This document shows positions 11,416 to 19,090 of a DNA stretch of 32,492 nt, in pieces (the first letter of the stretch is position 1; each line of letters starts with the position of its first letter). The notes beneath the pieces are model-generated. The model made no database searches. It was given only the letters and a program-made list of their open reading frames with translations, and was not told where the DNA came from. Position numbers and translations under genes: made by a program. Source of the stretch: Myxococcota bacterium (GTDB lineage: Bacteria > Myxococcota > Myxococcia > Myxococcales > Myxococcaceae); assembly GCA_049322255.1 (NCBI GenBank), contig JBMORE010000029.1, forward strand, positions 1 to 32,492, read 5' to 3'.

Positions 11416-12735
11416 ATTCCTTCGACCCAGCTGACCTTTCGCTCCACGGAGGAGCACCGCGCGTGGTTGGCTCGCCAGGCTGAGCTCCCTCGGGGTTTTC
11501 GCGTGGGGACGACCCGCTTCGATTTCGTTCCCCGCGAGGTGGCCAAGCCGGCGCGCATGACGCTCACCGTCCTCGCGCTCGAAGAGCCCTCCGCGAGCTT
11601 CGGCGCCGTCTTCACCCGGAACGCTTTCCCCGGGGCTCCGGTGCTCATCGGCCGCCGGCGGCTCCACGAAGCGACGTTGGGCGCCATCATCGTCAACAAC
11701 AAGGTGAGCAACGTGTGCGCGCCCGGGGGAGAGGCCGCCGCCGAACGGGTCTGCGCCGCGGTGGGCGCCTCGCTCGGGCTGTCGGCGACCCAGGTCCTGC
11801 CCTGCTCGACGGGGGTGATTGGTTGGCAGCTTCCCGTGGAGGAGATGGTGGCTGCCGTGCCGGCCGCGGTCTTGGCGCTCTCTGCCGAGTCGGTGCTCCC
11901 AGCGGCGGAGGGCATCGTCACCACCGACCTCTACCCGAAGGTGCGGCGGGCGCAAGTCGGCGAGGGCTCCCTGGTGGGTATCGCCAAGGGGGCGGGGATG
12001 ATCGAGCCCAACCTCGCCACCATGCTCGTCTTCCTCCTCACCGACCTCGACGTACCGCGAGAGGAGTTGCGCGCGGCGCTCACCGAGGTGGCTGCCGGCA
12101 CCTTCGGACGCATCAGCATCGACGGCGACACCAGCACTTCGGACACGGTGGCGCTGCTCTCCTCGAAGCGGGTGCCTTGCCCCGACCACGCCGCCTTTCG
12201 CGCGGCGCTGCGTCAGGTGTGCGCCGACCTCGCCGAGGACGTGGTGCGAAACGGAGAGGGCGTGCACCACGTGGTGCGGGTGGTGGTGCGCCAAGCGCCC
12301 TCGGAACGGGTGGCGCGCGGAGTGGGCAAGGCGGTGGTGAGCTCGCCGCTCTTCCAGTGCGCGGTGAACGGCAACGACCCCAACGTGGGGCGGCTGGTGG
12401 CGGCTATCGGCAAGTATCTGGGCGCAGAGCACCCCGGTCTCGACCTCTCGCGCTGCCAGCTTTCCATGGGTGGCCGGGTCATCTTTGCAGAAGGAGCCTT
12501 TCGCCTCGATGGCGAGGCAGAGCGAGCGCTCGTCGCTCACCTCAAATCCGCCGAGCTGTACCAGAGCATGCCGCCTGCCGACGGACTGACCTTTCGGCCG
12601 CCGGTGCGCTTTCCGCCCCACGAGCGCGCGGTGGAGGTGGAGATCGACTTGGGCGCGGGCAGCGCGGCGTGCACGGTGCTGGGCGCCGACCGCAGCCACG
12701 AGTACATCAGCGAGAACGCGGACTACCGGAGCTGA
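11416..12735 (+). CDS. argJ: Second, standalone ArgJ-family acetyltransferase (start uncertain: ATT 11416, CTG 11431 or TTG 11467)
   Basis: FTRNAFPGAPV, STGVIG, TTDLYPK, KGAGMIEPNLATML, DGDTSTSDT, NGEG, DPNVGR motifs; ends YISENADYRS. Confidence 0.92.
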   Translation: MPSTQLTFRSTEEHRAWLARQAELPRGFRVGTTRFDFVPREVAKPARMTLTVLALEEPSASFGAVFTRNAFPGAPVLIGRRRLHEATLGAIIVNNKVSNVCAPGGEAAAERVCAAVGASLGLSATQVLPCSTGVIGWQLPVEEMVAAVPAAVLALSAESVLPAAEGIVTTDLYPKVRRAQVGEGSLVGIAKGAGMIEPNLATMLVFLLTDLDVPREELRAALTEVAAGTFGRISIDGDTSTSDTVALLSSKRVPCPDHAAFRAALRQVCADLAEDVVRNGEGVHHVVRVVVRQAPSERVARGVGKAVVSSPLFQCAVNGNDPNVGRLVAAIGKYLGAEHPGLDLSRCQLSMGGRVIFAEGAFRLDGEAERALVAHLKSAELYQSMPPADGLTFRPPVRFPPHERAVEVEIDLGAGSAACTVLGADRSHEYISENADYRS

Positions 12736-12737
12736 CG

Positions 12738-12763
12738 CCCCTCTGGGAGAGGGTAGGGGTGTG
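12738..12763 (+). repeat. Degenerate boxC/REP-like repeat immediately after the argJ stop
   Basis: CCCC-TCT-GGGAGAGGG-TA-GGGGTGTG. Confidence 0.7.
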
Positions 12764-12838
12764 CTCAAAACATCAACCAATGCGTGTTCTGACGACCGTT
12801 TTGGGTCAGATATCGATTCGTTGATGATTTGAGCACAC
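12759..12838. other. 80-bp imperfect inverted repeat between convergent argJ and purK (possible bidirectional terminator or miniature element)
   Basis: outer arms GTGTGCTCAAAACATCAACCAAT and ATTCGTTGATGATTTGAGCACAC pair at 21/23; inner TCTGAC/GTCAGA pair. Confidence 0.75.
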
Positions 12839-12888
12839 CAACGTCGGCGAAGCGCCCGCCGGAGTAGAACGCGGCTTTCGCTCCCCAA

Positions 12889-14025
12889 CTAACGTTGGCT
12901 TCGGGTGAGCACCGAACGAGCTTTCTCCACGCGCTCCAGCGCTTCTTCGGGAGTGCGACCGACCGCCGAAAGGTGGCCCATCTTTCTTCCCGGTCGCGCC
13001 ACCCGCTTGCCGTACAGGTGCACCCGCACCCCAGGAATGGCCAGCGCCCGGTCGAACGCTGGCGGCGCTCCTTCCCACAAGTCTCCCAGCAGGTTGACGA
13101 TGGCCGCCGGGCGGGTGACCTCGGTGGAGCCCAAGGGCAAATCACAAACCGCGCGCACCAGCTGCTCGAACTGGCTGGTGACGCACCCCACCTCGGTGGA
13201 GTGGAAGGTGTTGTGCGGCCTGGGCGCGAGCTCGTTGACGAAGAGCTGCCCCTGGCTGTGGAAGAGCTCGACCACCAAGAGGCCCTCGACGTGTAGCTCT
13301 TCGGCGAGGCGGCGCGCGAGAGAGGTGGCTTCGCCGACGAGACTCTGCCCGAAGGGCCCGGGTAAGAGCGACCAGTCGAGCACCCGGTGCACGTGGTGGT
13401 TGAGCGCCGGTGGGTAGACGGCGACCTCGCCGCGGGGGCTTCGCGCCACCAACACCGAGAGCTCCTCTTCCAGCGCCAGCGCCTGCTCCACCACGCACGG
13501 CGCCTCACCCAGCGTCTTCCACACCTGGTCCGCGCGGCTCGCGCTGTCGAGCTGCTCCTGGCCGCGGCCGTCGTAGCCGCCCTGGCACGCCTTGACGAAC
13601 ACCCGCCCGCCGAGATCCCGTGCGGCTGCCGAGAGCTCCGCGGCGGAGCGCGCCAACCGCCACGGCCCTTGGGGAAATCCGTGCTCGGACAACCACTGCC
13701 GTTGCGCACCGCGGTCTTGGACGACGCTAAGTACTCGAGGAGAGGGACGCACCGGCGCGAAGCGGCTGGCCGTCTCCAGGGCGGAAAGCCCGACCTTCTC
13801 TATCTCCAGCGTCACCACCTGGCACTGCTTGGCCAGCTCGGCGGCGGCCTCCGCATCGTCGAAGGCGGCGGTGAGGCAGCGGTCGACGACGAAGCGGGCG
13901 GCGCAGGAGGGGTCGGGGTCGAGCGCCTGCACGTGGTACCCGAGCGCGCGTGCCGCCATGGCGGTCATGCGCCCGAGCTGGCCTCCACCCATGATGCCGA
14001 TGGTCGCGCCGGGGAGGATGGGCAT
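12889..14025 (-). CDS. purK: N5-carboxyaminoimidazole ribonucleotide synthase
   Basis: GIMGGGQLGRM, GYDGRGQ, NELAPRPHN, SQFEQ, HLYGK and RKMGH motifs; ATG 14025 overlaps the purE TAA (track start 14376 is too long). Confidence 0.97.
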   Translation of the reverse strand: MPILPGATIGIMGGGQLGRMTAMAARALGYHVQALDPDPSCAARFVVDRCLTAAFDDAEAAAELAKQCQVVTLEIEKVGLSALETASRFAPVRPSPRVLSVVQDRGAQRQWLSEHGFPQGPWRLARSAAELSAAARDLGGRVFVKACQGGYDGRGQEQLDSASRADQVWKTLGEAPCVVEQALALEEELSVLVARSPRGEVAVYPPALNHHVHRVLDWSLLPGPFGQSLVGEATSLARRLAEELHVEGLLVVELFHSQGQLFVNELAPRPHNTFHSTEVGCVTSQFEQLVRAVCDLPLGSTEVTRPAAIVNLLGDLWEGAPPAFDRALAIPGVRVHLYGKRVARPGRKMGHLSAVGRTPEEALERVEKARSVLTRSQR

Positions 14026-14555
14026 TAAAGGTCGCGCTCCCGCATCACATCGTCGGTGCGTGTCTGTCGCCAGCGCGCCAGTCGTTCGCGCAGCTCCGGC
14101 CGGCTGCGGGCGAGAATGGCGGCGGCGAGCAGAGCGGCGTTGGCTGCGCCGGGCTTGCCGATGGCCAAGGTCCCCACCGGAACTCCCTTGGGCATCTGCA
14201 CGATGGAAAGGAGCGCGTCGATGCCCGCGAGGGCGGTGGCGGCGATGGGCACTCCCAAAACCGGGAGCAAGGAGAGGGAGGCGAGCATTCCCGGCAGGTG
14301 GGCAGCTCCTCCGGCGGCGGCGATGAGCACCTCCAGCCCGCGTGCCTCGGCGGTCTTGGCGTACTCCACCATCCACTCGGGAGTACGGTGGGCGGAGACC
14401 ACCTTCACCTCATGAGGAATGCCCAGCTCCTCGAGCAGCTCGCGCGCCGGCACCAGGTACTCGTGGTCGCTTTTGCCGCCCATGACCAGCCCGACGAGCG
14501 GACGCTCTGGGGAGAGGTGAGGAGCCGCCGATTTGCCTTGGGTCTTGGAGGGCAT
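14025..14555 (-). CDS. purE: N5-carboxyaminoimidazole ribonucleotide mutase
   Basis: [23 protein letters not shown] and [13 protein letters not shown] motifs. Confidence 0.98.
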   Translation of the reverse strand: MPSKTQGKSAAPHLSPERPLVGLVMGGKSDHEYLVPARELLEELGIPHEVKVVSAHRTPEWMVEYAKTAEARGLEVLIAAAGGAAHLPGMLASLSLLPVLGVPIAATALAGIDALLSIVQMPKGVPVGTLAIGKPGAANAALLAAAILARSRPELRERLARWRQTRTDDVMRERDL

Positions 14556-14630
14556 CGAACGTCCTTGGGATGGAAGCGCATGTTTATCCCGTCTTTGGGG
14601 CGCGCGCCTTTTCCCGGTACTCTACGCGCC

Positions 14631-16028
14631 ATGAGGAAACTGCTCGGGGGAGTGGTGTTCATCTTGGCCGGCTGCTCGTTCACCGTCGCGCGCGGCTTTC
14701 AAGAATGCAGCCAGGATGCCGATTGTGGTGCGGGCCGGGCGTGCCTGTCGCGCTATTGCATCGCCATGCCGGAAGGGTGCAACCGCTCGCTGGGAGCCAC
14801 CGACGCATCGAACAAAATTCCCCTCGCGGTGCTCTTTCCCTTCACCACCGGCGACGCGCCGCTGGACAGCTCGACGGACCTGCGCCTGGAGCAGCGGCTG
14901 AACGCGATGACCCTCGCCCTCGAGGAGGTCAACCAGCGCGACGGGGTGGGGGGGCGCCCGTTTGCGCTCTACGTGTGCAACACCGGCAACGACCGAGACC
15001 GCATCAAGGCGCAGACACAGTGGATGGCGGAGGAGCTGTCCGTCCCCGCGGTGGTCGCCTCGGGCAGTGCGCAGCTGCTCGCCGCCGCCACCGAGACCAT
15101 CTCCCGCGGTGTCCTTTTGACCAGCGCGAGCGCGAGCAGCCCCGAAATCACCGCCCTGCTCGACACCCACGAAGGCTCGGTAGGGCTGGTGTGGCGGACG
15201 GCGCCCTCCGACGCCATCCAAGGCCGGGTCATCGCCGACGTGCTGCTCACCGACTCCGCCTTTGCGGGGGTGACCAAAGTGGGGGTGGTGTACGTCGACG
15301 ACCCTTACGGCCAAGGCCTCAAGGAGGTCCTCGCCGCGCGTTACGGGGCAGTGGCGGGCAAGGAGATTCGCACCTTCCAGTACGCGCGCAGCGGCGACGT
15401 CTCCAGCGCGGTCGACGGCCTGGCCTCCTTCAGCCCCCAGGTGACGGTGCTGATCGCCTTCGTCGACGACGCCGAGCGCATTTTGGCCGCGGCGCGCCAA
15501 CACACTCCCCCGCTGCCGGGGGGACACCGCTGGTTTCTCACCGACAGCACCAAGGACCGCAACCTGCTTAGCAAGGTTCCCGCCGGAGAGCTGGAAGGCT
15601 CGATGGGAACGGCCCCCGCACAAGGGGCGGGGCAGGTGTTTCAATCGTTCAGCGATCGCTTCCGGGCGCGCTTTTCCGAAGACCCGGCGAACTTCGCCTT
15701 CACCTCCCACAGCTACGACCTGATGTACCTGCTCGCCTTGGGCGCGGCGCACGCGGTGGGGGGGGAAGGGAGCCAGCCGGTGTCCGGCGCCCGCATGGCT
15801 GAGGGGCTGACGCTGGTTTCCTCCGGAGCGTCCCGTCGGCTCGCTCCCGACGACTTCACCCCGGCGAAGACCGCGCTGCAGAACGGCACCTCCATCGACG
15901 TGGAGGGCGCGAGCGGCAAGCTGAACTTCGACCCCGTTACCGGCGAGGCCCCTTCGCCCATCGAGCTGTGGCGGGTGAGCGGCAGCGGGTTCACCACGGT
16001 GCGGGTGGTGGAGCCGCCGGTGGAGTGA
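14631..16028 (+). CDS. Lipoprotein with type-1 periplasmic-binding (LivK-like) domain and an N-terminal Cys-rich module
   Basis: ATG 14631; lipobox ILAGC; CSQDADC...CLSRYC module; LALEEVNQRDGVGGR, WRTAPSDAIQG, DDPYGQGL and EGASGKLNFD motifs. Confidence 0.85.
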   Translation: MRKLLGGVVFILAGCSFTVARGFQECSQDADCGAGRACLSRYCIAMPEGCNRSLGATDASNKIPLAVLFPFTTGDAPLDSSTDLRLEQRLNAMTLALEEVNQRDGVGGRPFALYVCNTGNDRDRIKAQTQWMAEELSVPAVVASGSAQLLAAATETISRGVLLTSASASSPEITALLDTHEGSVGLVWRTAPSDAIQGRVIADVLLTDSAFAGVTKVGVVYVDDPYGQGLKEVLAARYGAVAGKEIRTFQYARSGDVSSAVDGLASFSPQVTVLIAFVDDAERILAAARQHTPPLPGGHRWFLTDSTKDRNLLSKVPAGELEGSMGTAPAQGAGQVFQSFSDRFRARFSEDPANFAFTSHSYDLMYLLALGAAHAVGGEGSQPVSGARMAEGLTLVSSGASRRLAPDDFTPAKTALQNGTSIDVEGASGKLNFDPVTGEAPSPIELWRVSGSGFTTVRVVEPPVE

Positions 16029-16043
16029 GAACCAAGGATTTCG

Positions 16044-17939
16044 CTACTTGGTGCTCTCCAGGCGCTTGAGCGCCTCGGCTGCGTCGCGGCTATCGAGCTT
16101 GGCGGCGGCCTCGTAGGCCTTCTTCGCCTCTTCGCGCTTGTTCTGCGCCTCGTACAGCTCGCCTAAGGAGAAGAGAGGGGCGGCGAAATTCTCGTCGAGC
16201 TTGGCGGCGGCCTTGAACGACTCCTCGGCCTTCTGCGTCTGGCCTTTGCGATAGAGGCACATGCCCAGGTAGTGCAGGGCCAGCGGGTGGCGCGGCTCGT
16301 TGGCGAGGACTTCGCCAATCACCTTGAGCGCCAAATCGACGTCACCGCCGCGGAAGTAGAGGAAGCCCAGCTCGGAGCGCGCCTCCAGCTGGGTGGGGTC
16401 TTTCTCCACCGCTTTTTCGAGCAAGGGTGCCGCCAAGTCGGGCCGCTGCATGCGCGCGTGCATGATGCCCAGCCGCGCGTTGGCGTGGGGGTCGTCGGGG
16501 TTTTTCTTCAACGCGTCGTCGAGGAGCTTCTGCGCCAGCCCCCAGTTGCCCTGCCCCAAATAGAGGTCGACCAGCCCGTTGCGGGCCGCCAAGTGGGCGG
16601 GGTCGGCCTCGAGAATCTCCTGGAAGAGCGGCTCGGCCTTCTTGCCCACCCGCTTCCGGGAGTACACCCGGGCCAAGTCCAGCTTGGCCTCGGGGGTCGG
16701 CTCGAGCTCGTGCCGTTTGGTCAGCTCCTCGATCGCCTTGTCCAGGTTTCCTTCGGCCACGTAGGCCTCGCCCAACGCCGCGCGGGCGGAGGGCTCGTCG
16801 GGCAGCTTCTCCACCGCTTTCTTGAGCGTCGCCACCGCCTCGGCGGGCTTGTTGAGGGCCAGGTAGGAGAGCGCCAGCCCGCGGTAGGCGTCGGTGCTTT
16901 GCTTGCGATCGTCGGCGGTGGCCTCGACGGCCTTCTTGAACGCCTCCACCGCGCGGTCCTTCTTTCCCTGCTGCAAATACAAGGTACCCAGCTGCACGTA
17001 GGGCCCGGAGGCGCGCGGCTCGAGCCGAAGCGCGGTCTCGAAGGCCCGGGTGGCGGCGAGGTTGTTGCCCAAGCGGAAGTGGGACAGCCCCAGGTTGAAG
17101 TACGCCTCGGCGTAGTTGCGGTCGGCGGCGATCGCCTTCTTGAACGCTTCGGCAGCCTTGGAGTGCTGGGCCAGCGCGTCGAGCGCCACCCCCATGTTGT
17201 TGTGGGCGAGCGCGTGCTTGGGGTCGATGGCCAGGGCGCGCTGGTACTCGGCCATCGCGCCGGTGACGTTCCCCTCGCGCATGAGCAACACCCCCAGGTT
17301 GTAGTGGGCCTCGGCGTCTTTCAGGTTTTCTTTGGTGACTTCGGAGAGCAGCTCCTTGGCCTTGCCGGCAAGGCCCTTGTCCGCCCAGGCCTTACCCAGG
17401 TTCACCTTGGCAGCGGTGAGGTCGGGCTCGAGCGCCAGCGCCTGCTCATAGGCGCCGATGGCGTCGTCCAGTCGCCCGCGCTTGTGCAACGCCTCAGCGA
17501 GGTTGAAGCGCAGCTCGGCGTCCGTGGGGGAAAGCTCGGAGGCCCGCTGGTAGTGGGCAATGGCTCCGTCGGTGTCGCCCATCACCCGGGCGAGCAGCCC
17601 CGCTTCGGCGCGCAAGGTGAAGTCGTCGGGCAAGGAGAGAATGGCCTGGTCCAAGAGGTCTTTGGCCTTCTGGGCCTCGCCCGAGAGGCGCAAGGCGCGT
17701 GCGAGCAGGAGCTTACCGTCCACCGCCTCGGGGTCGGCTTGCACCAACCGCTCGAGCGGGCGCACCGCATTCTTCGGCTGGCCCAGGGCGAGGTAAGCCA
17801 ACCCCAGCCGGTAGAGCGCGTCGGTGTCGCCGGGAGCCTGCTCGACTTGCGCCGATTCGACGGCCACGGTGCGCTTGAGCGCGGCTTCCTCTTCGGCCGA
17901 GGTACCGACGAAGAGGGCGAGGACGAGGGCGAGGTTCAT
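16044..17939 (-). CDS. Exported multi-TPR protein
   Basis: 631 aa; short signal peptide followed by many tandem 34-aa TPRs (e.g. AEAHYNLGVLL, ALAHNNMGVAL, AEAYFNLGLSH). Confidence 0.92.
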   Translation of the reverse strand: MNLALVLALFVGTSAEEEAALKRTVAVESAQVEQAPGDTDALYRLGLAYLALGQPKNAVRPLERLVQADPEAVDGKLLLARALRLSGEAQKAKDLLDQAILSLPDDFTLRAEAGLLARVMGDTDGAIAHYQRASELSPTDAELRFNLAEALHKRGRLDDAIGAYEQALALEPDLTAAKVNLGKAWADKGLAGKAKELLSEVTKENLKDAEAHYNLGVLLMREGNVTGAMAEYQRALAIDPKHALAHNNMGVALDALAQHSKAAEAFKKAIAADRNYAEAYFNLGLSHFRLGNNLAATRAFETALRLEPRASGPYVQLGTLYLQQGKKDRAVEAFKKAVEATADDRKQSTDAYRGLALSYLALNKPAEAVATLKKAVEKLPDEPSARAALGEAYVAEGNLDKAIEELTKRHELEPTPEAKLDLARVYSRKRVGKKAEPLFQEILEADPAHLAARNGLVDLYLGQGNWGLAQKLLDDALKKNPDDPHANARLGIMHARMQRPDLAAPLLEKAVEKDPTQLEARSELGFLYFRGGDVDLALKVIGEVLANEPRHPLALHYLGMCLYRKGQTQKAEESFKAAAKLDENFAAPLFSLGELYEAQNKREEAKKAYEAAAKLDSRDAAEALKRLESTK

Positions 17940-17954
17940 CGAGGTTTTCTCCCG

Positions 17955-18593
17955 TCACTCCACGTAGGGGCTGGCGCGCGCGTCGAACGTCTTTTTGGCC
18001 AGCTCCCGCTTGTCCTTGTCCCAGGTGCTCTTGGCGGCCTTTTCCTCCTCCAGCTCCTCCTTGAGCGCGGTTTTCTTTTCGGCCACCGCTTCTTCACAGG
18101 ACTTGGCTTGGCTCTCGAATTCCTCGGTGGAGAGCCCCTCGGCGCCCTCCACCTTGGCCTTTCGGGCCACGTTCACCCGGGCCACCTCGAAGCGGGCGTG
18201 GGCGCAGCGCAAGGCCAGCTCCTGAATGGCCTCTTTCTTCACGTTGACCACCTGGCGCGCCCGCAGGAAGGCGACCCGCGACTCCGCCTCGAGCACCGCC
18301 AGCTCGGCCACGTCGCGGGAGACGTCGTCCTCCGCCTCGCCCACTTCGTTTTTCGCCGCGCCCAGGCGGTCTTTCGCCCGGCGCAAGCCGTCGCGAGTGC
18401 GGCTGACCTCGGCCTTGGCTTCGTCGAGGTGGTCGATGGCCAAGGCCAGCTCGTTCTCCGCTTCGAGCAGCTCGATGCGGCTCTCGTAAGGGAGCCGTTT
18501 GAGCACGTCATCGGGCACCCGCCTCGAGTAGCGGTTGCAGCCGGCGGCGAGGAGGGAAAGCGTAAACCAGAGCAGAAAGGGGCGCGGGCTCAT
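17955..18593 (-). CDS. Coiled-coil lipoprotein
   Basis: ATG 18593 overlaps the upstream TGA; lipobox LAAGC; E/K/A-rich heptads and one further Cys pair. Confidence 0.85.
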   Translation of the reverse strand: MSPRPFLLWFTLSLLAAGCNRYSRRVPDDVLKRLPYESRIELLEAENELALAIDHLDEAKAEVSRTRDGLRRAKDRLGAAKNEVGEAEDDVSRDVAELAVLEAESRVAFLRARQVVNVKKEAIQELALRCAHARFEVARVNVARKAKVEGAEGLSTEEFESQAKSCEEAVAEKKTALKEELEEEKAAKSTWDKDKRELAKKTFDARASPYVE

Positions 18594-19090
18594 TGGACGG
18601 TGGCCTCGAAGGTACCGAAGGCGGTGCGCCCGGAGGCGACCTCGGTGCCGTTCTCGAAGGTGACGTTGAATTCTCCGGGGACTCTCTCCCCGGAGATGGG
18701 CGAGCGGTTGAAGAGGAGACGGCCGCGCACCAGCGGCGGAAAGTCGCGGCGCGGGTCGTCGAGCACGTCGCGGGAGACGCTCCCCCGCTGAGCGCCCGAA
18801 GGGGAGATCTCGGCGAGGTCGAGCGAAGCGCCCGCCTCCACCACCGCGCCCAGCAAGTCGGCGGCGACCTTGAGCACGGTGTCTTGCCCGGCGCCCTGAT
18901 CGCGCACGAAGCGCACCGCCACCTCGTTGGTGGTCAGGTCCACCTGCGCCTCGTCGTAGCCCAAGTCCATCATCACCGTGAGGCTGCCCTCCAGCCGGTG
19001 CTTGGGGTCGGGCTCGTTGCCTAAGGAGCCGCAGGCGCTCACGCTCGCAAGAAACAAGAGGAACGTGAGGGATGCACGCGTCCCTCTCAC
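18590..19090 (-). CDS. Beta-rich lipoprotein of unknown function
   Basis: GTG 19090 overlaps the upstream TGA; lipobox VSAC-G; 166 aa. Confidence 0.8.
   Translation of the reverse strand: MRGTRASLTFLLFLASVSACGSLGNEPDPKHRLEGSLTVMMDLGYDEAQVDLTTNEVAVRFVRDQGAGQDTVLKVAADLLGAVVEAGASLDLAEISPSGAQRGSVSRDVLDDPRRDFPPLVRGRLLFNRSPISGERVPGEFNVTFENGTEVASGRTAFGTFEATVQ

Noticed and set aside
11404..11450. Selenocysteine recoding of the cupin TGA
   Set aside because: No convincing SECIS-like hairpin downstream, and the position is the natural cupin C-terminus
12759..12838. Integron attC site
   Set aside because: The AAC/GTT-containing arms do not fit RYYYAAC/GTTRRRY, and there is no integrase or cassette array
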